Source of the DNA: a virus | Virus record (IMG/VR): IMGVR_UViG_3300031603_000001 | Span: 96,001-160,000 of that record | Reading direction: 5' to 3' (one strand) | DNA: 64,000 nucleotides | In this document: positions 38,630 through 50,813 of the stretch, one piece after another | Position numbering within the stretch: position 1 is the first letter of the stretch | How the letters are laid out: every line of letters begins with the position of its first letter | Made by a program: the position numbers and the translations under genes | Notes under the pieces: model-generated | Databases searched by the model: none | What the model was told of the DNA's origin: nothing | The model's input: the letters and a program-made list of their open reading frames with translations, nothing else

Positions 38630-39865
38630 CTAATCACCGTGTTTCAGTAAGTATCTATTACTGATAGCCTTAAAGCTCATTACATTGTTATGCACAACGT
38701 CTTCGCATTTGAATACTACGCCTTCGGCCCATACCTTTGGATTGATCGTAGACTTGATTTGTACAGCCTGTAGGATTTCATCCATTGACATAAGGACAGG
38801 ACGCTGAAGTACACCGTACAAAGACGGAACTCTTCGCATCATAGGAGCACCAAGTGCTTCCGCACTCTTAGCAAAGAAAGAGAAGTAAGCATCACGTTCT
38901 TTAGGAGTGCAGTACCGACCTTCGGCAATAAGATACACGTTAAATAGAAACAACTCTTGTTCTTCAAGACCAAGAGGATTACTTTGAATACCTTGACCTG
39001 CTAATTCACCTTGAATAGCTATGTCTGCGCTGAGCTCGCTGTTTAAAGCAAGGTCTTTTACAATAGCAGCTAGCTTATACTTCTTCGCGGCTTTTGTATA
39101 GGCATTATCAACTTCAGGAGAGATTTCGTAGTTACGACTGCATACTCCCATTTCGCCATTGAAACGATAGAATGATAAACTAGTACCATCTATCTTTTCA
39201 GTAGCTTCGTATTGTAAATCCGTAGCACTGCCAGGAACTGTATTCAATATCTTAGGAAGATTCTGAATACGCTCTTCGTCAGTCTTGGGAAAGAAGTGAG
39301 GCTTACGCCCTTCTACTTTACCCCCAAGATTGGCGGGTATTGGTGGATCCCATTTAGTAACATTGAGAATAGAAGTAACATCTTCGCCGACAACGTCAGC
39401 TTTGTTGTACACTACCCCTTCAATGCCAGGATCAATACCCATAACTCTATTAATCATTCCGAGGAATAGACCAACAGGCAGGAGTAGTCCTTGACTGAGT
39501 TGCTTACGCATTTTCATTGTACGAAGACGAAAGCCTTCGGTACCATCAGTAGTCTTCTTGTAACTTGACTTACGTAAGAACTCGTATTTCTCTTCAATAG
39601 GTAAGAAGGAATCGATTTCAAAGTATACGGCCAAATGTCCTACTTCGAACTCTCCCTTTTTAACAATACATTGCCAACCGTCTACCTTCGCAATCTCAAT
39701 AAAATCAGCACCTTCAATAGGTTCGATTGATTTGATTATACGTAGAGTAGCCAGCTTTCGGGATTCTTCATTCAGCTTTTCCGGAACAGGTTCAACAATA
39801 ATACCATCATTGAGCATTGTTAAATAAAGCTCATCTTCAATACTGTTCCAATTTACTTGAGTCAT
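38630..39865 (-). CDS. ATP-dependent RNA ligase, DRB0094/Rnl5 family
   Basis: N-terminal OB-like KLATLRIIKSIEPIEGADFIE..GWQCIVKKGEF..YFEIDS, motif I TEKIDGTS, IQGELAG, EGVVFK, FKAISNRYLLK; start reassigned to MTQVNW. Confidence 0.92.
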   Translation of the reverse strand: MTQVNWNSIEDELYLTMLNDGIIVEPVPEKLNEESRKLATLRIIKSIEPIEGADFIEIAKVDGWQCIVKKGEFEVGHLAVYFEIDSFLPIEEKYEFLRKSSYKKTTDGTEGFRLRTMKMRKQLSQGLLLPVGLFLGMINRVMGIDPGIEGVVYNKADVVGEDVTSILNVTKWDPPIPANLGGKVEGRKPHFFPKTDEERIQNLPKILNTVPGSATDLQYEATEKIDGTSLSFYRFNGEMGVCSRNYEISPEVDNAYTKAAKKYKLAAIVKDLALNSELSADIAIQGELAGQGIQSNPLGLEEQELFLFNVYLIAEGRYCTPKERDAYFSFFAKSAEALGAPMMRRVPSLYGVLQRPVLMSMDEILQAVQIKSTINPKVWAEGVVFKCEDVVHNNVMSFKAISNRYLLKHGD

Positions 39866-39884
39866 TTGTATCTCCAGTTTAATA

Positions 39885-40946
39885 TTAGAACGGAGCTTCT
39901 TCCATCTCGTCGAATGGACCTTCAGCTTCATTCTTTCCGCCAAATAGACACTCTTTGCCTTCCCAATTAGGGAACTTTTGACATTTCTTGATATCATCAC
40001 TCAATGTTTCTAGAGTATAGCCAAGTGTATTTAATCCCTCTAAGCGCCTTTTCAGGGCTTTAGATTCTGTAGTATGCCGGTCATAAGGACCAAAGCATTG
40101 ATTTACAGTAAATTGCTTAGAATTGTTATCATACACTACTTGCCCAATTGCGGATCCATGGCGTACAAACCATTCTAATGATTCATAATGATTAACATAA
40201 GAACCAAGACAATGATGGAATAAACTTCCATACTTGATCATATCATGTGTATTTGTAATCCATTCATTAACGCTGACCTTATTCCGCATCCGCTTAGGCG
40301 CAGGTGTCATATAATGAAAGGCTTTATTAGCCATTTTAGGGTCAATTGCATAAGATATCTCATGTAATCTATCTGCAATATCAAAGAGATTAGCAATGGA
40401 TTGTGCAGTATTGAACTTAGCACGAAGCTTAGTTAATTCTGCAATAAGAGCAGGTTCTAGTGGATTTACTAAATCAGGATCATCGATTACTTCATCAAAT
40501 TGAATATGCATATCTCTGGCATCTTTAATATGGGTGATAATATCACTCCACATATTCATTCCATAGCCTTTGGACCCGTACCTACGTTGTCCGCGGGTAA
40601 TTGACTTACGTAAACTACCAATGGTGAAAGTTACCTGATCAAACAATTCTGGAAGAATCTGTGATACAGCTAAAATAGCACGATGTTGTGCAGTATCAGG
40701 ATGTTTAATTAACAAATCAATAAGATTATTATTGGCATTAACCGCGCCTACAGCGGTAAACTCTTGACGTCTTATACTTCTATTAATCATAATATAAGAT
40801 AGTCTATCCAGATTTACCCCGTTCATACGTTTTCGTAGAGTAGCTATACGTTTTTGTTGCCTATGTTTTGAACGTACTAACAATCCCCAAGGATCTGCTA
40901 AAGTAAGTTCACTTATTGCATTATAGCTAAAATGGTTGAATGTCAT
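39885..40946 (-). CDS. PcfJ-like domain protein
   Basis: C-terminal G..FHHCLGSY..VNQCFGPYD pattern. Confidence 0.6.
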   Translation of the reverse strand: MTFNHFSYNAISELTLADPWGLLVRSKHRQQKRIATLRKRMNGVNLDRLSYIMINRSIRRQEFTAVGAVNANNNLIDLLIKHPDTAQHRAILAVSQILPELFDQVTFTIGSLRKSITRGQRRYGSKGYGMNMWSDIITHIKDARDMHIQFDEVIDDPDLVNPLEPALIAELTKLRAKFNTAQSIANLFDIADRLHEISYAIDPKMANKAFHYMTPAPKRMRNKVSVNEWITNTHDMIKYGSLFHHCLGSYVNHYESLEWFVRHGSAIGQVVYDNNSKQFTVNQCFGPYDRHTTESKALKRRLEGLNTLGYTLETLSDDIKKCQKFPNWEGKECLFGGKNEAEGPFDEMEEAPF

Positions 40947-42417
40947 TTTCGTAATCCGCCTCTACTGTATTAATTGCCACTGGCTCGTTAGTCCTCGTCG
41001 TAGTCCCTTTTACCGTACTTTCGTCAAGTTTATACATGACTTCAGTAAATTCAGGAAGAAGTGTTTCAGCAGACATTTGCAAAGCATATTCTTCGTACAA
41101 TTTACTATTAAATTGCTTTAGCCCGAAGTGCATAGCAATGCCCAGTGTTCCTACTATGCATTTAGCGTCATATCCCGCATACGGGATAGTTTTATGCTGT
41201 TCACGTTGGTTTTCATACTGTTTCCTAACTTTAACACGCTTACTGCCAGGTGTCCAACTCTTCCACAAAGCTTTATCTATCTGTACCTTGTCAGGACTAT
41301 TAGCATATATCTGTTGCATAACATTAATACCTACAGCTGTGAATAATGACTTGAAGTTCTTATTCAGGAACCTGTGGATAAATCTACGCGGTAAAGTGGG
41401 GTTATCGCCCTCAATATTAATACCATTGTGCAATGCATCAGCGTAATACTGCTGAAAGAGGGTACCGGCAACTTCGTTATAAACACCAGATGGGTCTTTG
41501 ATAGCCTCATGATTCGGAATCTCAAAGTTTCCCCACTTGTTTTCTTTAGGATACACTCCCATATTCTCATACATGCAGTCTAAGAACAGACTAAGCATGC
41601 GTTGCATAGGTGGTTCGTTAGTAGTACCAAATATTGAGTAAGGACCTTGTACTAAATCTTCTTGAATAACTATACCAGTAATTGCATAAGTGCCGGGGTC
41701 ACTTCCGTAGTTCTTCTCTTCAATAATCTTTATAGGAACAATATAGTGCTCACCTCGTCGTACATTAGTATAAACTCTATGTGCCACATAACTTTGTGTA
41801 TTACCACTCCAACCCGTTCCGTTATCACGCTTAGGGTTTTGCTTGCTAGATTTCATGAATGGTAAATACCATACAAAACTACCAGCAGGGTATTGTAATA
41901 ATGGTAAATTACCGAACTTAGTACTAGGCACGGGAATTACGTTATATTTACCACAGACACTGCCACGGCAAAAGTATCTCAAAAACTTATAGTCGCTTTT
42001 GAAAGCGGATCTATGCAAACGATGTGCTATAGATAGCTCGTTACTAAACGTTTTCGGCGTATGTGTACCTAAAGCCTCTTGAATACGAGTCGTTTCTTGT
42101 TTCTTATTGGTATAATACAATCCCATAGGACTAAGTTTACGTACAGTCTCCTCTAGAGTGCGTACCATATCCATATCTGGGTAATAAAGATCTAGCTTAC
42201 GCTTTCCTTCATAGTACTCTCCTTTAAGAGTATCCCAAACACGTTCTTCTTGTTGATAAACAACTTTCAGGTGCTCAACGACCATACCAATAGAATTACC
42301 TGTACCATTTTGTATAGCAGTAACAATACGTTTTGTGGTACCACTATCGTTGTGGCCGGATTCCATATAAAGAAGATTACCACGAAGGGTCTTTAAACGT
42401 TTACCTATCTTTTCCAT
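40927..42417 (-). CDS. hypothetical protein (496 aa)
   Basis: Long ORF, operon packing. Confidence 0.7.
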   Translation of the reverse strand: MEKIGKRLKTLRGNLLYMESGHNDSGTTKRIVTAIQNGTGNSIGMVVEHLKVVYQQEERVWDTLKGEYYEGKRKLDLYYPDMDMVRTLEETVRKLSPMGLYYTNKKQETTRIQEALGTHTPKTFSNELSIAHRLHRSAFKSDYKFLRYFCRGSVCGKYNVIPVPSTKFGNLPLLQYPAGSFVWYLPFMKSSKQNPKRDNGTGWSGNTQSYVAHRVYTNVRRGEHYIVPIKIIEEKNYGSDPGTYAITGIVIQEDLVQGPYSIFGTTNEPPMQRMLSLFLDCMYENMGVYPKENKWGNFEIPNHEAIKDPSGVYNEVAGTLFQQYYADALHNGINIEGDNPTLPRRFIHRFLNKNFKSLFTAVGINVMQQIYANSPDKVQIDKALWKSWTPGSKRVKVRKQYENQREQHKTIPYAGYDAKCIVGTLGIAMHFGLKQFNSKLYEEYALQMSAETLLPEFTEVMYKLDESTVKGTTTRTNEPVAINTVEADYENDIQPF

Positions 42418-42490
42418 TAGTATTACCTTTTAAGCTTTTTAATCATTTCCTCAGCGAAACCAGCACGCTCGTAGCGTTGTTCTGGATATC

Positions 42491-42712
42491 TTATTCAGAA
42501 AACGGTGATACAGCACCGTCTAAAGCGAGTACTGAACCTATGGGAACACCATAACCGACATGCCCATCAGGCATTAATGCCACATGATGAAATACAAATG
42601 GTAGTTTTGAAGCATTCTCGATTTGAATCATCATATCAGGCTCTGCAAGATAATCAAGCTTTGGTATGTAACTGTACACAGGGACTCCGCCCTCTGGTTT
42701 ACACTTGTACAT
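42491..42712 (-). pseudogene. rtcB: truncated RtcB RNA ligase (N-terminal 73 aa only)
   Basis: QIENASKLPFVFHHVALMPDGHVGYGVPIGSVLA..AVSP, then a stop before the GxDIGCG motif. Confidence 0.85.
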
Positions 42713-42955
42713 GATCCGTTTCCTTTTCTACATACTTACGAATTAACTTAAAGATCTCTGGGATATTAGTTAAATGAAGCTCCTTGCCGATCTTAACAGG
42801 TTCGAATGCAATAGTAAATCCATGATTACCACGGAACTTCTCAGTAACCTTTACTCCATTGATCTTATCAAGATAAATCCATGGATAATTACCTACGAGT
42901 TCAACTTTTATATCTAGCTTAGCTAGATGTGTTACAAAGGACTTTAGTTTACTCA

Positions 42956-44467
42956 TTATGTAACTTTCCTTTCTACAACAGCTCCATACAAATACATATA
43001 ATTACCAGGGGAGTTTCCCTTAGTGGGATAACTAAGTCGATTCACAACAGCACGTGTTGATAATCCTAATTCATTATTAAGATGAATTAGATAAGCATCC
43101 CACATCTGATCAGATTTCTCTTTTGTTATACCTAATGCATTTCTACTATTAACATTAATTAGAAAGCCTGCAGTACCTTTTTGGGGTACCCCTTTTAGTA
43201 ATAATTTACTTATACTACGAAACAATTCAGGACGCATTATCTGAGTTAAATCTAGGCTTGCAAAGAGTAAATCTTTATTAACAACAGCCTTAAACACATT
43301 AGCATGTATGGCTTTAAAAGTTCGACGATTACCTGCAATCATATTACTTTGAATTGCCATCGTCTCTATAATTGCATATTTCTTTTTATCTAGCTCATAC
43401 CAGTCAATCTGTTTAGCATTTGGAAAGTATTCCATAATACGTAAACGCTCTGATTCGGCAGATACAGAAGGTAAAGATATTACACGAGATCCTGTAGCTG
43501 TAGGCGTTAATACCTTTTCAAGCTGTGACATGACCTCATTTATAGCAATATGTCTTTTTTGATACCATGTGTACATACGCTTCTCTTCACTAAGTGGAGC
43601 AGATATTGTACGTATAGTCGCTAAATGTTGTTGACAAGCATAAAGTACTCTTGTCTTTTTAATGAGGATATCACGATTACATATGAGGCATTTTGTTAAT
43701 TTTACCTCTCTGAATATTATACCAACAGTACTAGGATGTTTACATAGATAACCTATAACAGCAGGTTGATCTTTACGTTGATAAGGTCCATTTTTCCAAG
43801 AACGATCAACGGTCACCTCAGTGTCTTTAGGCAAGACTGTTGGTTCTATTTGTACCAGAATATCTTGACGACACTCTTTACAGAATTGTTCCCTATTTAA
43901 TCGTTTTTTAATATGTGCACGTTCTGTACAAAACAATCTACGTCTATTACAAGCTAGGCACTTAGGCCCTTTTTTGATAAATCTACGAGTAGGCTTTTTT
44001 CCACGCTCCTCATATATAAAAAGGTTAGACGTACGATTATCTCGATAAATAGGAGGATGCTTTTTATATTGAATATCTAAAGCGTATTTACTTTTATCTA
44101 AAGCATATAATACACTATCCTTTATAGCCTCATCTAGTCTATAAGCCTTTGTACGTGGCCATTTAATGCGATGTTGTTTAAGTAAACTTTCCAACGCAAA
44201 TTGCCCGCATTGTAATTCTTTTTGCAGATCCCTTTTCGTGGCATTTTCTGCAATACGCTTCAAAAACCAGTTCTTATCTTGACGCAATATAGTATTTGGT
44301 ATAACAGGAGTAGGTCTGGAAATATTATGCATAAGTAAATAATGACGTAATGTTTTACGGGTTACCCCAATTGTTTTTGACATTTCATACATATTAATAC
44401 TTTTATCTCTAATAAGTAATAACTCGTCTTTATTTCTTAATACATGATCTTGAGATAATATTGACAT
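42956..44467 (-). CDS. HTH/Zn-finger plus putative methyltransferase-fold protein
   Basis: N-terminal HTH-like repeats, CxxC pairs, C-terminal domain paralogous to 30312-31196. Confidence 0.65.
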   Translation of the reverse strand: MSILSQDHVLRNKDELLLIRDKSINMYEMSKTIGVTRKTLRHYLLMHNISRPTPVIPNTILRQDKNWFLKRIAENATKRDLQKELQCGQFALESLLKQHRIKWPRTKAYRLDEAIKDSVLYALDKSKYALDIQYKKHPPIYRDNRTSNLFIYEERGKKPTRRFIKKGPKCLACNRRRLFCTERAHIKKRLNREQFCKECRQDILVQIEPTVLPKDTEVTVDRSWKNGPYQRKDQPAVIGYLCKHPSTVGIIFREVKLTKCLICNRDILIKKTRVLYACQQHLATIRTISAPLSEEKRMYTWYQKRHIAINEVMSQLEKVLTPTATGSRVISLPSVSAESERLRIMEYFPNAKQIDWYELDKKKYAIIETMAIQSNMIAGNRRTFKAIHANVFKAVVNKDLLFASLDLTQIMRPELFRSISKLLLKGVPQKGTAGFLINVNSRNALGITKEKSDQMWDAYLIHLNNELGLSTRAVVNRLSYPTKGNSPGNYMYLYGAVVERKVT

Positions 44468-44491
44468 ATAGCCTCCTATTATGATTAGCTT

Positions 44492-44529
44492 AAAGAAATC
44501 CCTACACCCGGCAAAAGCAGGGCGTAGGG
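44492..44529 (-). terminator. probable intrinsic terminator
   Basis: CCCTAC/GTAGGG-closed hairpin followed by ATTTCTTT on the minus strand. Confidence 0.55.
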
Positions 44530-44545
44530 TACAACTAGGTGAATC

Positions 44546-45367
44546 TTAGTGCTGACCTGCAGCGATCGCCAGAACCGATTTCATCTCTGTACTATTACGC
44601 AGTTCATCAAGAATAGCACGACCATTGTCGGTACCTTCCAATGCGAGAGCAGTGAACTTGGCACGAGCGGCACGTTCTAATGCTGGCATCTCTTGGAGTT
44701 GACGCTGGAGTAAGCTGATATCCGCTATGGTCTCTTCGGTTTGTTCATCGAGAGAAGTAATTTCCTCAACAAGCTTGAGTAGCTTCTTAGGAACCTTAGC
44801 AGTAGTCTGTCCGATGAGTGCAAGATTAAGAGGCTGATACTTTGTCTTAAAGATAAAGTACAACTCTTTGTGTTCTTCCAATTCTCTGAGTTTACGTGAT
44901 ACCTCGGAATTGATATGACCGTTAGAAATCCTATATGTATTACTGACTGCATCTATCAATTTCTTAGTAGATGAGATAGTAACTTTATAAGAGAACTCAT
45001 GTTCATCTTTATCCAGATCAGGGACTGAAAAGATTGCCTGTACTGACTTGTGAACTCCAGCATGTTCAGGTATCTTACTTTCTACAGCTTTGATTGTACC
45101 AGCATTGAGTTCCATAATCGCTTCTTCACGAAGTGATTTGAGATCCCTGATAGCTGTACGCTTCCCTGCCATAGCCTCTTTAAGCTTATGCTCTTGTTCG
45201 ACCATAATGACATTAAAGATTTCATCTTTAGTTACTACAGTTTTATCAGCGTTAAGCATAGCCTGAAGACTTCCCATAGGTACTATGGCATTCTTCTTGT
45301 TTTTGTCTTTTTCTATCATTTGGTCTCCTTGACCTTTAGGTAGATTAGGCGTTCCTTCTCTAACCAT
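44546..45367 (-). CDS. hypothetical coiled-coil protein
   Basis: 273-aa ORF. Confidence 0.65.
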   Translation of the reverse strand: MVREGTPNLPKGQGDQMIEKDKNKKNAIVPMGSLQAMLNADKTVVTKDEIFNVIMVEQEHKLKEAMAGKRTAIRDLKSLREEAIMELNAGTIKAVESKIPEHAGVHKSVQAIFSVPDLDKDEHEFSYKVTISSTKKLIDAVSNTYRISNGHINSEVSRKLRELEEHKELYFIFKTKYQPLNLALIGQTTAKVPKKLLKLVEEITSLDEQTEETIADISLLQRQLQEMPALERAARAKFTALALEGTDNGRAILDELRNSTEMKSVLAIAAGQH

Positions 45368-47691
45368 TGATAAACGGAAGGATTCTCTTTAGCGAAAGCC
45401 TTTTTCATAGGCTTATTCCGTTTAAATATTAAGTAAGCACGCATTGCGTTTTTGAAATCTCCCATGGTACGGTATCTATCCCTTTTCCATGTAGATATCT
45501 GTTTTGTAAATTTATTATTAACACTAAGAAGCGTATCTATAATAGTTTGATATCCCGCATAGTGACTAGCACGGTACCCGCAGGTGTTAACATTTACACC
45601 AGTAACTCCTAAAGAATTTGTAAAGCTTAATATAGCTAAACGTGGTATTTGATCTGTAATACCACGAAGATCCCTAAACACAGGGTTTAGCAGCCTCAGT
45701 ATATTACTAGCAGTAGGATTATTTCTCTCAGCTTTTTCTTCATTCAATTGATGTCTTTTCTCAAGACGTTCGGCTTCTTTGTTAATATTAAGAGTCTTAC
45801 GACGCGTAGTTAATGACTTCATCCTAGCATTAAATCTATCAGGAGTGAAATTACCATGTTGATCGAAGTAGCAACGTACATCATCCGGTAGCCCACGTGT
45901 AGGATACACCTTACCATTGTATAACTTATACTTGAATTCAGGATCAGCATCATGCCTCTTAACCAAAGCGTCTATCATATCAGGACGAAACCCTCTTTTA
46001 CTAATTAAAGCAATATCATATCCTGGATAGGCTATACGACTAAGCAGTGTGTCTATCCTATGAGTAGCAGTTATCCCTTGCTCAAGTTCATCTTGATCAC
46101 GTGCCATAAGGAATGCAACATTTGATATAATCAAATCCGGAATAAACTTCTTAGGTACATTCCAGTACATATCTTTTTGCCACTTAACAGCTTCTTTGTA
46201 TCTGTAGCCTATTGAATGTATCATCTGCTCGTTGAACGTATCTTCCTCTACAGTCTTAAGATTTATCCAATACTCAGATATGAAAGGCTCCCTTATTGAA
46301 TCATAGTAATAGCGCATTATCCTTCTCCTTCTGTATAGCTACAGGCAGTGCGTACTTTCGGAATGCTTGATTGATATCAGCAGTGTATAACACATAGTTT
46401 GTACTTTGCTGAGCTATGTAATCAATTAGAAAGTGAACATAACGCTCTGCTTGGTACTCAGAGTTTAATATAATTAAACTAAATTGCTTACGTCCTTTGC
46501 CGACTGTGTATATAAACCACCGGTCGTCGTTAGGCTTTTTAGAGGGAACTACCTCAAGCTCTAACATATTAACATTAATATACGTTCTTGGGATTAACCC
46601 ATGTGTGGGTATCATCCCTGCGATAAACTTCATTATATTTTACCTTCCTTTATGACTTCCCAGGCTTCATCATACGTAAGGTGTACTTCAGGTAGGAATT
46701 GCATTGAGTTTGACACTACGTAAGAGTGCCAGATGTACAGGATTTTACCATCTATCTCTCTAGCTCGTTTATTATTCTCAAAAAGAGCTATCTTATTACC
46801 ACGAAATGATGTTTCATGAGCAAGCCCTACTGTAACAGCGCTTAACTCCTCAAGAGAAGTCCAAGCGTCTTCAACAGGGTTGTACCATTTGTTTCCAAAT
46901 AGACTTCGTACAGCAAATAGCTGTTTGTTGTCTACTTTGAAAGTAATAGCAGCCCGTGCTCCATCAAGGAGCATAACTGAAGTTTTAGGCATGATTCCTA
47001 CGTACGGGAGTTTGCCTGTAGGAACATTCTCCTTCCAAACAACTACTTCGTGTTCATTACCATCTTCTGTAGCTACAGGCATGGCCTTTAAAGTCTGCTC
47101 ATACCCTTGTACCCGTACAGATGGGCGCCCTGAGACTAGAGTGAACGGCCCAACAACTGTCTCGCTAGCATACTCTCGTGCGCCATCAATAGGCTTGAGC
47201 AAATCATTCATCTGTTTTTACGTTTCGACTTCTTAGAAGCTTTCTTCTTTTTGTTACGCTTCGTACGTTGTGTGGTAACTTTGGTCTTCTTCTGAGCATA
47301 ATACTGCACAGCCTTCAGATCCAAGATAGATTTACGTATTTGCTGAGGTTTATACCCTTGTTGGGCTAAATCAACACCATAGTTAATGAGATCCTCAGGA
47401 TGCCAACCCTTCTTAACGCCATGTAACATAACGCCTTTGATAATCTGAGCAACCTTCTCCCGTAGAGTAGGCTCTTTCTCATCACCGGCAGGATAGTTAA
47501 CATCCGCCTGTTCTACGACTTTAGCATCTTCCAATTCTTCGGATTCTTCAAGTAGCTCTTCGACATCATGGATCTCTCCATCTACAATGATAGAATCTGT
47601 TGGATCAAAGTCCTCAGTGTTTAGTACTATATCAGCTTTCTCTACAGCAGTAGCCAACGTGATTTCTTCTGTATTTAACGCATCTAATTGT

Positions 47692-48159
47692 TCATCGTGC
47701 ATTCTGTATTCCTGACTGAACGGTAAGACCATTCATATATTCTCTCAATTTATTAACCAAGTTACCTTCGTTGTGATTATACACATCCCAGATATCCCAG
47801 GTTCGTAAAGGAACACTAGGTCCCTTATACTTTCGGTTATTCCTCATACTGGGGAATTTCTTTTGCAAAGCACGTCGTATATCATCCTTCATTACGACAA
47901 CCACATCAGCCCAGTACAAGTCTATGACTGTAACAGGGTTGAGGGCGTTTTTATCAGTACCCCCATAGCGACCTTCGTAACCAGGATACTCCAGGTTAAC
48001 CAGCTCTGCAGCGGTGCGCGAGCGAATCTTTCCTTGCAAGCAAACAAAGAGGATTCTTATAGGTTCTTTAAGCATCAAGAACTTTCGGATGCACAGCGAA
48101 CAGTTGAATAACTTGCCCGCCTTTAGTAACACTTTGCACTTGAACACATAGTTGTACAC
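47692..48159 (-). CDS. low-molecular-weight tyrosine-phosphatase-like protein
   Basis: ILFVCLQGKIRSRTAA (Cx5R), WADVVVVM, DI.D. Confidence 0.78.
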   Translation of the reverse strand: MYNYVFKCKVLLKAGKLFNCSLCIRKFLMLKEPIRILFVCLQGKIRSRTAAELVNLEYPGYEGRYGGTDKNALNPVTVIDLYWADVVVVMKDDIRRALQKKFPSMRNNRKYKGPSVPLRTWDIWDVYNHNEGNLVNKLREYMNGLTVQSGIQNAR

Positions 48160-50813
48160 TCCGCATCAAGCGCGAAAGCAATCCAGTTTTGTCTTGGCCA
48201 CTTTCTATAACAGACATGGCCCAGTCCGCGTCCTGCTGTTCTACCATTACATTTGCTTGTACAGAGATACTCATTAGTCGTTCATCACTTTCTCATGGTC
48301 ATCCAGCTCAGGCTGATCTGATAATAATACTTTAAGGTTAAGAACACCTGTATACCTCCAGTGTTTTAAATTGTCTTGTTTACGATATGCAAAACTAGCT
48401 AGCATCCCAAAGAATGCCATAACAACTAGTCTTCCTATAGAACCAGGAAAATACATAGCTAACCAGAATGTGACACAGCTTAATACGAGGAGAATTATGA
48501 GATATTCCATTCTACTTTTGGTGTCGAGATCTTTATTCAAAGAGTGCCCACTTTTCTAGATACCAATTAGAATCATTAGCATCTTTAGAGAATAGCATTT
48601 TCAATGTAATTACTCCTTCATTAGTTTGCCAGATGTATGTCCATGTTGTACATACCCAGGTTTCTTTAGCTTTTGTTCCACAATCTCGCATATCTGTTTT
48701 GCCAGGCTTGCCTATCAGATATGCTATGTTGTTAGCACCGTACCCAACTTCCATAAAAGGAAGCAAGTATTTGGCTACAGCTAGATATGTTCCAGAATCT
48801 GTTCGAGGTCCCGTCATATAAGGCTTTAGTATAGTGTACAGTGTCTTCTCTTCGTTGGAGAGTCTAGTCACTTCTCTAGTACTTAAATGCTTTTGTCCGA
48901 AGATAGAATTCAACATAACTAGACACGTTAGTGCCATTATAATACGTTTCATTATAAGGTCAATTTCTTGGACTCGTCTTCAGCCCTTTTAATGTTTTGC
49001 AAATGCTGTAAGACTATCCGCATATCTGTATGGAATTCACTATTTTGTAAACGTGCAGAACCTATCTTTTCCACTATTCCAATTAACCCTAAAACGCTTG
49101 CAGCCTTTTGAAGAGGGGACAATACATCATCAAATACATTTGTTTTACGAATAGCCTTTTCGGTATATGCTAAGGCACAGGTCAGATGACCTATTTGTGT
49201 ATTATTCATCAGATTCCTTATCAACTGGTTCATACTTATGTTTCTTCTTAAACGGACGTAATAGCCAGGCAATTACCATGCCTATTACAGTTACTTCAAT
49301 TACTCCACCGCATATACACATTAGCGTTATACCTTCCATATAATGTTATTTGGCATTCTTCAATTGTTTCAGCATACCCTGTGATTTCATAAACGACTTC
49401 ACCGGTACACAATTTAGTAGGATCTTTGTCATTAGGAGAATAATGACAATAGAACTTATTACCATCTTTGATGCCTCTCAGCATAATATACCCAGAGGTA
49501 GGGATTGGTTTCTTAGTCACCATTTTTAACTTTCCTTAATAGTTTGTACAAAGATTTTTGTCTCACTACTCTGTTATCAAGCTCAGCGTCGCTGTAGTCT
49601 TCAACACAGCCCCGACCGGCGCCTCTACTTTACAGTAGTGAGCTGGGTCAGGCTCTGGCAGCCCTGCTCTACTCATAAGATTTACACATACAGCGCATAA
49701 AGATGCGAATACCTATACTATGTATGCATTCCGTATTAAGCGCCTAAAGTGTTGCTTGGTAACCCAGCAGAAGGTAAACACCCAAACTCCTGCAAATAAT
49801 GCATAGGAGTGGCTACTACGCCAATGTCTTCTAAAGAACACATAGGCATGTCGGTTATACTAGCTAACTTACGGTTCATTCCAAGATAGGCAATGTCTAC
49901 TATCATAGGCTTAAAGCTATGAATGGTACCATCTGTAATCCAGACAACTACTTCTCGGTTCACAGCATTATGAGGTATGTTCACGAAATCTAAGACTGCA
50001 GATATCATATTGATAGCAGCAAAGTCTATGTCTTCTATGTACTGATCCTTAATACCAATTAGATTAATAGTAATCCTCTTGGTATAATGAATAGCAACTC
50101 TGTATGCAGTATGATCATGTACAATATGCAAGCACTGAACTGGATAATGTAAACCCTTAACGAGTTTACCTACTATAGGATCTTCAATAGCTATGATACT
50201 CATTGGTAAATGTGTACCAAGCATTTTAAGTAGCTTAGCATCTGATGAGCCAGGAGGTGCTGACATGATTGCAGACGCATCCATCTCTTCATTACGAATA
50301 TGAAACTCAGTCATTAATAACCTCGACGTCAAAGTTCTTATCTCCCTCTAGGCGTACCCATCGGAAGTCATCTGAATCTACTGCATGCAGATTGATCCAG
50401 GGACCTGGTTCACTAGTGAAGTGTACTTTATCACGAAATCTCATGACAACCCACATAGTGCCGTTTTCATTTACACGGTTCTTACCGTGCCGGCTAATTC
50501 CAGTCAACTTGACTGTATTGCCTACCATAATTGTATCAATCATTTAAAGTACGGAAGAGTGTCCCCGGCACCGTATACAGATGCCAAACTAGTTGATAAG
50601 TAAAAGCCACTAGAGATAATTAACCTAGTATTTTTAGCATCTGTTATTACAACACTGCTGAATCCAGAACTGTCTACAGGAGATGCGGACATCACAATAA
50701 TAGAAGGTGTTAAGTCCGTAAACTTCATTTCCATTGTCTTAAATTCTGTACAACTCATCATTAGCATAGCTAGGATGATTAAACTAATCGTTTTCATCTG
50801 TATCTCCTTCTAC

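Noticed and set aside
49570-49680. Intergenic CTAC-TGTAAA-GTAG hairpin resembling a Tyr anticodon loop
   Set aside because: It is only 4 bp with a 6-nt loop and has no other tRNA elements, so it may be chance.
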